Source: Vicugna vicugna
Taxonomy: Eukaryota
Direction of reading: 5' to 3'
Length of the DNA: 39,332 nucleotides
NCBI GenBank assembly: GCA_013265495.1
Contig: MU058065.1
Span: 8,432,302 to 8,471,633 of the forward strand
The notes below the pieces were generated by a model that did not search any database, was not told where the DNA came from, and saw only the letters and a list, made by a program, of their open reading frames with translations. Position numbers and translations under genes: made by a program. This document shows, one piece after another, positions 25,851-37,619 of this stretch (its first letter is position 1; every line of letters starts with the position of its first letter).

Positions 25851-26784
25851 ACCAAAAATAAGTACTACACGTCCTTTAAGTTTCTGAACTAGCCGAGTAT
25901 CAGAGGAGCCAAAGATCAGAAAATGGATACTGAAGAGTTCCTAGTATTATAACCACCTGCATCTACCAACCAAGATTAGCGTCTCTACGATCTGTGAGAT
26001 CTTGAGCCCAGAGCTCACTTTTAAGAACGTGCTATATGCTGTATGGGCAATGCTTCTCACATGTCTTCTGCCCTCCCACCTCTAAAGCGAGAAACTGAGC
26101 ACTTTCACACAGTAACAGCAGCTCAAGAAGACGGAGTCTCAAAGGTGTGTGGGTGAGGCCCATATGATTCAAATACCGTCCATCCCTCACTTCCATCCCC
26201 CATTTGAAAACCTTTATTTGAAGACATATGAGAATAATCCTATATTTTTAGTTTGCTACATTCATACAGATTTGCCCTCCTGTTAGAATCCATAATAGTT
26301 CTTGACTGATTGAACAACAGTTAATGATATCTTTCCCTAAGGCACCTAAATGACTTCTCAAAGGGCAATCAGACATTTGGGGAAATTCTGGCTAAATTCT
26401 TATTCAGCCTATAATTAGATATGAACACTGACAACTTGGAAGAAGACAAATTGAAGACTTTTGAAAATTTAAAAGAGAAGAGTAATTCACAACTCAAAAA
26501 AAAAAAGAAGCCTATTTTATATAATGAAAAGTTTCATATTAATTCAATCCAGAAATGTCAGTATCCCTCAGTTTAAGGGAATCTGGAAAAATATATGATA
26601 TTATTAACTTTAAGATAATTACTAGTCTATTAAAAGGTACATACCTATATTTTACCTTTGTTGGTATGGAAAACACCTTGCTCTTATGATAATGTGTATG
26701 CAGTTAAGACAATACATGAAAGCAGGTATGTAAAAAAATAGACTTTTCAAAAATGAGTTTGTTCACCTGGTGGGCAGATTACAA

Positions 26785-27030
26785 CTGCTTAATGGCATAA
26801 GCTTTGGAGTCAAAAGAGTCCTGGTTCAAAACCCAACTCTACCACCTGCTAGCTGGGTGACCTTGGGCCAGTTATTTAATAGCTTTGAGCCTCAATTGCA
26901 TAATGTATAATATACATATCATGGCACCCACCTAGGAGGCTTGTAATAAAAATTAAATGAAAATTTATATAAAATGCTTGGTATAGTGACTGGAATATTA
27001 TAATCACTCAATGGTAGTTATTATGATTAT
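26785..27030 (+). mobile_element. MIR, near full length
   Basis: GCTTTGGAGTCA...CCTGGTTCAAAACCCAACTCTACCAC...GTGACCTTGGGCCAGTTATTTAA...tail TAGTTATTATGATTAT. Confidence 0.8.
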
Positions 27031-28279
27031 CTTTATTTTACCTGTCTGATATTATGCTTAAGATAAAAATAATTTAGAGCTTAAAACAAAAAGTTGATTT
27101 AGAAAACACTTCATGACTTACAAGTTAATTTTAAGTTAATGAAAAATCCTTTAAGATGAAAAATGTGCTTTCTGTTCATCTCACTCTTTCTTGCTTTGTC
27201 ATTTAACTAAATAAGTCCCCACCCTCACCCTGGCACAAGTGATTTCAGTTTTTTGAGTCCTGAAATACACTTACAGGTGTTTTGGAAAGGTCTTTTCTGC
27301 CTATCTGGAATTAGACAGAGCCAATTCCCAATAGGTCAGTTTCTACAAATAGATCTGAATGGTCATTCTGTTTCAATGAAAAGATTCATTATTAACCATA
27401 AGTTTTAAGTTTATACACCTCCCCAAATGAGTAACTTTAGAGAAAAGTACATCTAGTGTAATTTCTTGGAGAATTGTTAGAGACTTTCAACTTCCAAAAA
27501 GTATTTATTACCACTATTAAAATGTACTGACTTTGAGTAAATATTCCCAGTTTTGGGCTTATGAGTCTTAAAATGTATCTAACAGTTTTGGCATATAATG
27601 AAAAACATTCTCCTCAACTGCACTGACTTACTCTAACACTGAATCACACAGGGATTATATGCTTAGTGCAACATGAAGAAGTTCAAATTCAATATATTGG
27701 GTAATATTTATTTTTATTATAATTCTCACTTGAGTCTTCTAGAACCAACAAAAACCTCTTCATCCCTCCAGAGCCTGAAAAGATGCACTTTCTACTTATT
27801 CACTCTCATTGGTTGCCTACCTCAAAAACATTTCACCTAAGACCTCTGGGAATCTTTAATGACCCTTTCTAGGATAGAATATGGTATCCCATGGCCTTCA
27901 GTGAGTTACTGCATGTCCCACTATGTCTATTTTGTATCTCTGCATTGCTGTCTAAAAAATATATAACTTATGAACAAGTTTCAGACCTTAGACCTCTTTC
28001 TTGGGCATTGAGAAGAAGGGTGACTGGCATAAATCAATGATATTCAAAGAGGTCTATGGTCATGTAAAACCCAGCTAGACTTTCATTCTTATAAAACACT
28101 CCAGTACACATAACAGTTTGGAGAAAGCAATACAATAACAAAGAACTGGATGCTATTTCTTTAAGACTGCTAAGAGCTACGACAGGCAGCAAAGCTAAGT
28201 GACTTTTAATTGAATCTATTCTTCTGATTCATGCTGACTTCTCTGTATCTTGGATTTTATCTTCAAAAATCAAAGATAG

Positions 28280-28409
28280 CGGAAGGGTATAGCTCAGTGG
28301 TAGAGGGCATGCTTAGCATTCACCAGGTCCTGAGTTCAATTCCCATTAAATCCTCCATTAAAATAAATAAATAATCCTAATTATCTCCCCTCACAAAACA
28401 AAAACAAAC
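28280..28409 (+). mobile_element. tRNA-derived SINE (vic-1-like)
   Basis: A and B boxes, A-rich tail; TSD AAAAATCAAAGATAG (28265-28279) / AAAACTCAAAGACAG (28410-28424). Confidence 0.9.
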
Positions 28410-28438
28410 AAAACTCAAAGACAGAAATACTTCAGACC

Positions 28439-28587
28439 TGAGGGGGAGGGTAGAGCTCAGTGGTAGAGGTCTGGGATTCAATCCCCACTACCTCCATTAA
28501 AACAAACAAATAAACAAACTAATAGTAAGTAAATAGACCTAATGACCGCCTCCCCCAAAATAAATAAAATTAAAAATTAAAAGAAAA
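28439..28587 (+). mobile_element. tRNA-derived SINE (vic-1-like) with ~20-bp internal deletion
   Basis: A box followed almost directly by the B-box region; TSD AGAAATACTTCAGACC (28423-28438) / AGAAATACTCCAGACC (28588-28603). Confidence 0.88.
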
Positions 28588-28718
28588 AGAAATACTCCAG
28601 ACCACATTTTAGAAAAACTTTAAGTGAAACAAATATATATTATAAACAAAAAGCCCAATCAAAAGCATACCATCTCCAATAATAATGAGAAAAAGCTCCT
28701 TTGTTTTGTTTACGATTA

Positions 28719-28874
<156 letters not shown>

Positions 28875-30397
28875 TTAAGCACATGGGGCCTCATTTTCTA
28901 CAAGCTGAAATTGGCCCTACGCATGCATTAACAATACATGCACACTCCGGATCAAGCCTCCATATACTGTCCCCTGGAACCAGATTTCTGCCCCTTATGA
29001 CCAATGGGGAAAAAGCAGCAGATCCACAAACAACATACACAATATAGAAATGATTAAAATCTAATTATATTTTTTAAGGAGCGTATTCTGCAATCTAGTT
29101 ACGTTAATGATTATCCAGCCTAGAAGAAAGAATGCAGCAAATGCAATGTGCTAGTTATCCTCCAAGGATAAACCGTGGTTGAGTAAAGGACAATCATGAT
29201 TTGTAAACATAGTAACAAGAACGCACTCATTCAGAAACCTGGAGACCCACAGAGAAAAATGCACACAGGAAATTTTCAGAACAAAATGTTCTCAAAGATG
29301 CATGCCGGAGATACACAAATGCCTAATGGAAGAAGCCAAAATTCTTCTATTTAGAAACATTCAACTGATAAGTTGGATATTTTTCTGCATTTAAATGTAT
29401 TTTGTTTCTGGGAATGGATTATCTACTTTTTTTCTTTTTAATTACTTAGGTTATTCATACAGATATAGGCTCTTGGCTCCTTAAAAAAACTCCAACCCTG
29501 TTCCAAGGCCTCTGCTCTATGGAATGTCATGTCCTTTTAATATATAGTCTTACAAGTTTAGTGGGGAGAAGGATCATCAAAATCCAAGGATTCTGACCTA
29601 GGGCAAATGAAAAGCACATGCATCTTTACCCCAAGAAACAAAGAAACTTGTGTGGTTGAGGGTAGACTCTGTGATTCAGTGTTTATTAGTTCCTTTCGCA
29701 TTGTTCATGCCATGTATTTAATTAAAAAGAAAATATCTATTTTCACATATGTCTTTTTTAAAAAGCTGATGGTAAAAACAAAAATTTCAACAAAAAATTA
29801 AGAGGGATACATATGACACATATTAAACATGGTATCTAAACCAAATGTTTTTCGAGACATCTTACTTGAATTGTTCAACAGTAACCTGAAAATTCAGACT
29901 AAAACTGGCTTATGTTTTCTGGTTCATCTATTTAAAGAAAATCAATAACTCTACCTTTTATACATGGCAAAAAGTAAAGAACAGACTACAACATAATATG
30001 GCCATATTTCTTTGCTCATATATACTAGTCTGTCTAAGAGTGGAGGGCAGGCAAAGGAAGTTTGTGAGTAACTGTAAAAAAGTAAGAGAGAAAAGCTGCA
30101 CACCTATGCTCTCTGAACTGAAACGTTTAAAACTTCCCTTTCCATTACTCCATCAATGCATTTGCTTCTTGCCTAAGATAACCAGAGCTGCTTTCTTCAC
30201 CTGCAACCAAAAGAATCAGCACCCTCATCACTAGTCCCTTCTCCTTCCAACCCATCCTATACCCAGATATCATATTAATCTTCCTAAAACACAGCCCCAG
30301 TGACACTCTGCTCCTCAAAACTTATAGACAGCTCCATGTTGCTTTCAAAATTAAGCATAAACTCTTCAGTCTATCATTCAAAGCCCTTCCTAATTTA

Positions 30398-30580
30398 GAA
30401 TAGTTTGTAGAAACACAGACTCTCCAGTAGGACAGTCCTGGGTTCAAATTCTACCAGTTGTTAACTATGTGACCTTGTCTACGTTAATGTCTTTCAGCCT
30501 CAATTCCGTTACTGATAAAATGGAAACAAGATTGCCAACTTTAGTGGTTGTTGCGAAGATTAAAAGAGAAAATGCAGGCT
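30398..30580 (+). mobile_element. MIR
   Basis: CCTGGGTTCAAATTCT...ACTATGTGACCTTG...GCCTCAATTCC...TAAAATGGA. Confidence 0.7.
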
Positions 30581-30624
30581 GTCTATCAGATACTATGTAG
30601 AGTACGAATCTGCGTATGCCCAAT

Positions 30625-30671
30625 NNNNNNNNNNNNNNNNNNNNNNNNNNNNNNNNNNNNNNNNNNNNNNN
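30625..30671. other. Assembly gap (47 N)
   Basis: Run of N. Confidence 1.
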
Positions 30672-31763
30672 TCAGATACTATGTACGAATCTGCGTATGC
30701 CCAATCTGCGTATGCCCAATACACCCACCCAACTATGCGGTATTACTGAGAAGGCCCTCTGCTTCCCTGGTCTTATGCCCTTAATCATGCTATGCTTCCT
30801 ACGACAGGCCAGTCATTATACTAGGATCAAATGACTAGCAAGTAATGGAGCCATGATTCTAACCAAGGCCTGACTCTAAAATTTCTGTTCTTAACTACAC
30901 TTACTACTGAGTTGAATTAAAGAATTAGTAAAGATTCTGGGGTGTTATTCACATTCTAAACATAATCCATCAGGAGAGAAAAAGGAGTTATAATCACCAT
31001 CGCCTTTAATTACTCTCCCAACCCCCTTACAACTCCTGCAACACACACAAATATACACTAATACTGCAATACAGTGTCACAGATGAAAGAAATTTTTTTC
31101 AAGGCTTGCAAATTAAAATTATACAGAGTAGCACACAGTTTGGTGATAAATTTTTTAAAAGACCCTGGTTTCTACATTAACCATCATTTGGTATCTTATC
31201 ATTTTAGCTCCTGAACATTCAGACACTCCCAGCCAGTTTCTAAGCCATCTTGCCATCTAGATACACTATGCAGATCAAATAGGTGTAAATATATAAAGTA
31301 CAACTCTAAAGATCCCAGTGAACATAAAGCAATATGACAAACAGAGAGGATTTTTCTTATCCTCTTAATTCCTTAAGGAAGCCAATCTGGCAGGATATAA
31401 GACCTGAAAATGGCATTCAGAAAAATGATCATCATTGAAGTCAAAGATAAACCAAAAAACCTGCTACAGTCACATTAATACAAGTATTCTCCTAGCTAGT
31501 AAGCTTCAGACTTTAAAACAAAGCCAAGTATGAAGTCCTGTCACTTGAGACATTTAAAACCCACAGAGACGAATGCCCGAGTGTACTTCTGCCTCGGAAC
31601 CATCCTGCCTAAGACCCAATAGATGAGCTAAAGGACCCAGTGTCTCAGGGTCCCCCCACGATGGCTGTGTCTCTCAACAAATAACAATATAAAACCTAGC
31701 CTGCTTCACATCATCTTGAAGAAAATCTTTGAGGCAGAAGTGAAACTCTCATTGGCATAATAC

Positions 31764-31902
31764 CTTGAATAGTATCCTCTTTTGGAACTTCAGTTTCATC
31801 ATCATCATTCAAGCAAAACACTGTTTCTTTTCGTATATCTTCTTTTTTTAGGGTTCTTGCATCTACAACTGTCCAAGACTTCTTAGTTTTCTCCTGAAGA
31901 AT
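31764..31902 (-). CDS. XRCC5: Ku80 exon 8 (139 nt): [46 protein letters not shown](G)
   Basis: Acceptor GGAAATCAG|ATT, donor CAAG|GTATTA; bridge/ring region of Ku80. Confidence 0.97.
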
Positions 31903-33031
31903 CTGATTTCCAAAAGAAAAATAAAGGGAAAACAAGGAAAGCTAGGATTCTGAATGACAAAAGATAAAAACCTAATATACTCTCTGCTTTACAGAAAAAA
32001 AAATCCAGAACAATTACTCTAGCTACATTGTCATCTCTTGCCTATTGTGGAAATTTTAGTTTATCTTATAATTCTTTCTATATTTCACTTTTTCCCAGGG
32101 TAATCCATAGATAAATATCTGTAGCTATTCCAACACTCTCTATACAAAACCTCCAGATTTTGTATTTTGTTATCACAGTTTTCTAATAGAGAAGAAAGGG
32201 AAAGCAGGCAGAAATCAATAAGGAAATATGAAAAAGAGACTAGGAAAAAAAAAAAGGAAGGAAGGAGACTAAATTTTTATTCCCGGGGATGCTATTCTAG
32301 ACTTGATGGAACCCAAAATAAAGAAGTACCTCCATGGTTTTCATGCATGTAATGTGTTTTGGAATTAAGTCTTTCAATATATAAAAAACATGTTTTCATG
32401 TATTTATTTTGTACATTTAAAGAAAAAAGGCAAGGAGGGCCAGGTTGAGGCATGAGCCACAAACTTATACTCAAACTGGAATTTTATCAAATAATTATCA
32501 AGAGCAACTCATTTTTAAAGTGTGCTATTATGTACAAATGTATGTATATTACAAAAAGTAATGTCACACTAACAAGTTAACATCTTTTGATATCTCATAG
32601 ATGTTGTTACTATCAGATCATTAATAAATGAATTAGATGTGACTGAGTTTTCAAAACGCTGAACTTATCTCTGGTGTGTATCTGTATTTCTGCTATGATA
32701 CTACAATGACACAACTTAATGCATTTCATTTTCTCTCTTTAAAAGAGAAAGAGAGAACGAGAAAGGCCTGAAACTCATGATTAACGATCAGTTGTCAAAG
32801 GAGAGAAAGAGAGAGTAAGGAATCAACCTCTATTATAGACAATTCTTAAAACTTCCTCTCCTACCATGCCTTTCACATAAAAGCTAAACAGAGATGAAAT
32901 GAACAGGGAGAGCAGTTAGAGAAGTAGTAATTATGGCTTTGAGTAACCCACACATGAATTGTCAGTTCCTTATATAAGCATATTTGTCTGCCTGATAACA
33001 TTTCTTTAAAAAACATGTACCTACCACTTAC

Positions 33032-33146
33032 CGATTTATAAGCCACAATCTTTATAGACAAATTGGAGCCAATGGTCAGTTGACAAGGCCAGGGCACGGA
33101 AGACCTCTCAATTTTCTTAAAGACACACAGTTGCCTCAGACTCTCA
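33032..33146 (-). CDS. XRCC5: Ku80 exon 7 (115 nt): [38 protein letters not shown]
   Basis: Acceptor TTTTCTTTATTAAG|T, donor TCG|GTAAGT; Ku80 motif [13 protein letters not shown]. Confidence 0.97.
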
Positions 33147-34288
33147 CTTAATAAAGAAAAATGTATGATGAAAGCAACAATTTTAAAACGTTAGCCTGTG
33201 TTGGATGTTGCATTTAGTTTTCTAGAATGAGAAGTGAGATGTTGATTATAAAGAGAGGAACAGCAGAGGATGGCAAGGAAAACTTGTAGCAACCATCAGC
33301 TGGGAAAGAGCCAGAATATAAATGAGCTGGCTTAGGAGGAAGGAGCTGAATTCCTTTACTGTCAAGTGAAACAGAACATCTCTATCTTCCCCTATTCAAT
33401 CTTTTCTTTCAGCTCAGCCAGTTGTTCTTAACATTCTTTTCAGGACCAAGGACACTGTGAGGATATGATAAAGGCACATTCATAAATCAGTTTGTACACA
33501 CCAACTCCCTGAAAACCAAGGACCTGAGGATAAAAAGCCCTGCTCTAGGATATCAAAGGGTGAGCACCATCCTATAACATCACTGTTCACAACTCTGTAA
33601 TTCTTTAGTTAATTTCAATTCTCTGAAATAAAAGATAAAAGGTGTATATGCATGCAATGAAGAAAGTTAAATAATGACTCTCTGTGGGATAAAGGAACTT
33701 AGCAGTCCATATTCAGTCTTAAAGTAAAGCAGATAACTCTAGATTTCTTACTTGGCAGGAAGAGGAATTGGGAAGTAGCAAACACAATGTAGAGTACTAC
33801 TTCATTTGAATACTAGTGAAGATCAATTCTATTTTCATCTGGTCCCTAATCAAACACAACAGAGGAAATTATAGGAGATGGGTGGAATTTGTGGTATTTG
33901 CTAAGGATTATGTGACATTACTCAGAGTTGTGGACAAAGAGGTCTCAAGAGACTCCAATTTTCATACATAATTTACAAGGATAGTAGATATTCTACCTGA
34001 TACCCTTCTCCAAAGCCTATGGTACATCTTGACTTTGGATTCACTGGGGAGTGAATAGGTATGAAACCAAGTCTTACCTGTCTCATACGACATTGCCAGT
34101 CCAAGTATAAGTCAGTCTAAAACTATCAAGAGGTTTGGATTCTGTTCCAGGTGAAATTCTAAAGACCAGTATCTTATACGTAACAGCTGAGAACAACTGG
34201 ATGAGCTCTGCACTAGATCTGAACCTCCCTAATTAGAAGTCAAGTTACCTTTCTCTATTGGTCTTCTAGATGAGGACAAGTCTAGTCC

Positions 34289-34481
34289 AGTGTTGTCCTG
34301 CACAACTCTGTGCAATGAGTGAAACGTTCTATTTCTAACTGTGCCTGTCCAATAGTCTAGTGAGCACTTGAACTAATGACGAGTGTGACTGAGGGACTAG
34401 ATTTTTTATTTTACTTAATTTTAATGAATTTAAATTTAAATAGCCACATGTGGATGATGGGTAATATACTGGATGGCAAAG
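34289..34481. mobile_element. hAT-Charlie MITE (MER3-like)
   Basis: GAGCACTTGAA...GTGTGACTGAGG...TTTAAATTTAAATAGCCACATGTGG. Confidence 0.75.
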
Positions 34482-35951
34482 TGCTGGTCCACATCTTCAT
34501 GGCAGACTTAAATCCAAGCAGCTTCAAATTGCTAGGACAACAAATAGTAATTTTCCTCCTTGCTATGTTATAGGAAAATAAACTTTTTTTTAATGGTAAT
34601 TTTAGTGGCCTATAATTCTTCTCTATAATATCATGGTGAATATGTTATCTTAAGATATGTATTCCCACATTAAAGCAAGCCATGTCCAAATTTGAAAGAA
34701 TAATTAAGGAAAACATATTCGCATGCATTGCAGTAAGAACACACACTCTATGACAAGAAATGTTACTTTACAGGATTCCTCACTGATTCTTTTGCCAACC
34801 CCTTGGGAAATTACAATTCAATTTCCGAAATTCCCATTTACCTGCAATTTTTCAAAAGTATGTATAATTAGAAAATCAGGATGTAATGCTTGTCAAGTAC
34901 AGCTCCCCACAAATATTCCAAAATTGTGACTGAGAAGAAAAATTAGAGCATATATACATTACAGTTACTCCAAAAATATCTGTTGAAACTTTACTTCAAT
35001 TGAACCTTTACTTCAATTAAGAACTTTGCTTAAAATGCTTATATTTTGTGTATTTATCAATAAACTAGAATGAATTCTTTAACATTAAGTGGTATTATCC
35101 CTGAGAGTCTGAAAATCCACAATCCGTGCTTTGTGGTAAAGTATTCTATTGCCACTTTTACCAAATCTGGTCCCTCAAAACATACTGTTATAGATGCTAT
35201 GGACCCCTTTCAGGTTCTTTCCTCAAAATAAGCGTATATCCAATTCTAACCAAGAATAACATGGATAAAGGAGACTGTCTCTTCCACAGTCTCTAACTGC
35301 ATGGCTGAGAAAAGCAGCTTGCTTTATTGCTCTATGGTCCTTCAGGGATTACAAATTTCTTAAATCATTTTGCCTTTACAAAGCCCACAGGAATAAGTAG
35401 GTTATAAATTCTTAACATTTTCAGTCTTTTTTGTTTGGTTTGGTTTGGTTTTGCCTTACCAAACTATTTTGTGACCAGAAGTTTTTTAAAAAATCACTAT
35501 ATTATAGTATACTGCCTCCCAAAACCTCAATCAGAGGATAAGAATATATTATTATCTCAGATATGACATTACTTTTTATAATTAAGAATATTCTCAAGTG
35601 GATAAAAAGGGAGGGCCCAACAAATGTGCCCCGAGCTTGGCACAAAGAAGAAATCTACCACCTCATCATTAAAAATTTGACTTGTTAAATCTTTCGTGGT
35701 ATCTATATATTTCCAAACCCCACTGCCACAGTCCTAGAAATAAACAAGAAATCTTGTGCCAATAACACAAACTTAAAAAAGGGACTAGGGGCTGGTGTAC
35801 CATTTCCTTAATAAAAATTGGAATATATATTAAAGAATAACTGCTAATTCAAGAGTGGCCCAAGAAAGGAAAAGCACTAGGGAGTCTTCTGATCAAAAGA
35901 GGAATTATTCTGCTTACGACTAAAAGCTGTAACAATGTTTTCACTTCTTAC

Positions 35952-36143
35952 CTGAAGGAATAAATTTCATCTAGCCCATCTTCACCTTCTAAAGACATCA
36001 TCACCTTTTTCACCATCTGAATACCTTCTTTTTGCTGCTGGGTAATCCCTTTCAGAGGAAAGGAGGGCCCGTGGTGGTCCAAGCTCAGGTTGCCATCTCC
36101 CCTGTCCCCAGTTCCATCTTCTTTGTCAATTGGAAAAGGCAAG
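35952..36143 (-). CDS. XRCC5: Ku80 exon 6 (192 nt): [63 protein letters not shown](S); end of vWA domain
   Basis: Acceptor CCCTGATAG|C, donor TTCAG|GTAAGA; matches Ku80 [10 protein letters not shown]...[13 protein letters not shown]. Confidence 0.97.
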
Positions 36144-36159
36144 CTATCAGGGAAAGATC

Positions 36160-36293
36160 AGCAGTAGTTAAGAAGACAAGCTCTGAAGACAAATACTAAC
36201 CTGGATTCTAATCCTGTGACTGTCTCTCACTAACTATGAGAAAATGGGCATGTCAGTCAACTAGCCTCTTTGAGCTCTACATTCCTCAACTGT
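36160..36293 (+). mobile_element. MIR 5' part, abutting the exon 6 acceptor; probable 3' part resumes at ~36782-36862
   Basis: GTAGTTAAGA..CAAGCTCTGAAG...CCTGGATTCTAATCCTG...CTCTTTGAGCTC..TTCCTCAACTGT. Confidence 0.65.
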
Positions 36294-36299
36294 CACACT

Positions 36300-36780
36300 T
36301 ATCTAACCTTAGCCAGCAACCTATCAGTTTCAAGTGACCTAAGCCTCTTTGGTTTGGCTTCTACAGGGGAAATTTATTGGCTTACATAACCAAATAATTG
36401 AAAGAGAAAAGGCTGCACATGGCCTTAGAATGACTCGACATGGTTTCAAACACCACAAGGATTTTGTGACCCTCTCACTCTCTCTCTGTATTTCATCATC
36501 GTTTGCCTCTTTGTTGGCCTCACTCTCTCAGACTGGCTTCCTCCACACTGCTTCTGAACACATTCAAGCTCATAATGTCCAACTCCACTATTAAAGAGGG
36601 ACTTAGGGTTTAACCCTCTATTCTCCAATTCAAAAGAACAAGGAATCAGTGGTAGCCTGGGGCCAGATCTAGAAGATGTCAGCTTTCATTCAAGCCATGA
36701 GGTTAAAGAGTAGGAAGGAAGGCTTCCTCGAAAAAAGGTTGGGTGGATGATATTCTAGGCAGATAAAAATGCCCATTAAC
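36300..36780 (-). mobile_element. Ancient solo LTR (MaLR/MLT1- or ERVL-like) interrupting the MIR
   Basis: CAAGTGAC...GGGAAATTTATTGGCTTACATAAC is typical of old MLT1-type LTRs; family uncertain. Confidence 0.5.
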
Positions 36781-37034
36781 GACCTCTCAAGCTTTTTATA
36801 AAGATTTATAAGAGATTGCATATAAAATACTTAAAACCCAAATAATGTTATCATCATTATTTTTAGATAGAGAATTCCTCTACAGAAATCAATTAATTGC
36901 CAGAAATAAGTAAAACCAATGTTGTTCTTATGTTTCACTCCAGTTGTTTGACTAAAATGAGACTAAAAATACACTGAAATTATCAGTCATAGGAATATTC
37001 AGTAATCAATATACAAACTGAAAAGTCAACCAAG

Positions 37035-37247
37035 TACATTTTATGATAATACCCTATATGTCACTTTATAAATGCTGTCACGTAAACAATCTAATTTCAT
37101 CGTTTTATGTTACGTAGAGATTTCTATCTCCATTTTCTAAAAGGAAACTGAGCTTCAGAGATGAAATAATTTGGCCAAGGCCACATAGCTAGTAAGTGGT
37201 GGAGCAAAGACTCAGTCATCTGACTGAAAGAACAAGGTTCTTTCCCC
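37035..37247 (-). mobile_element. MIR, antisense
   Basis: CTCCATTTT..AAGGAAACTGAGCTTCAGAGA...GGCCAAGGCCACATAGCTAGTAAGTGG. Confidence 0.8.
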
Positions 37248-37346
37248 TGAAGCGTATAACCTTACTCTGTCCCTGGAAACCCAAACATCTGAATTCAGCA
37301 ATCTTTTCAGTTTACTCAACATGACTTGTTGGTCACCCCTATGCAG

Positions 37347-37619
37347 ATGGTTATTTTTAAGGTGATTTCTCTTATCATTTTATTTGCTATCCTTAAAACA
37401 AAGCTTCCTGGGGAGAGGCAAGATGGCGGAGTAGAAGGACTCTTGTAAGTCACCCTCTCCCACAAATACACCAAGACAGTCACCCCTAATGGTTATTTTT
37501 AAGGTGATTTCTCTTATCATTTTATTTGCTATCCTTAAAACAAAGCTTCCTGGGGAGAGGCAAGATGGCGGAGTAGAAGGACTCTTGTAAGTCACCCTCT
37601 CCCACAAATACACCAAGAC
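37347..37619 (+). repeat. Direct duplication, 131 bp identical x2 (37347-37477 and 37489-37619), spanning the host/L1 5' junction
   Basis: Base-by-base identity from ATGGTTATTTTTAAGG to CACCAAGAC; period 142 bp. Confidence 0.95.
37561..37571 (+). promoter_or_regulatory. YY1 site of the L1 internal promoter (CAAGATGGCGG); duplicate copy at 37419-37429; further YY1-like GCCGCCATATT at 38192-38202
   Basis: Exact YY1 core about 10 nt from the L1 5' end, its canonical position. Confidence 0.8.

Noticed and set aside
34078..34158. 81-nt pseudo-exon (GGTCTTTAG|...CAG|GTAAGA) in intron 6 with an in-frame TGA
   Set aside because: Good donor but very short pyrimidine tract and no clear branch point; such matches are frequent by chance.
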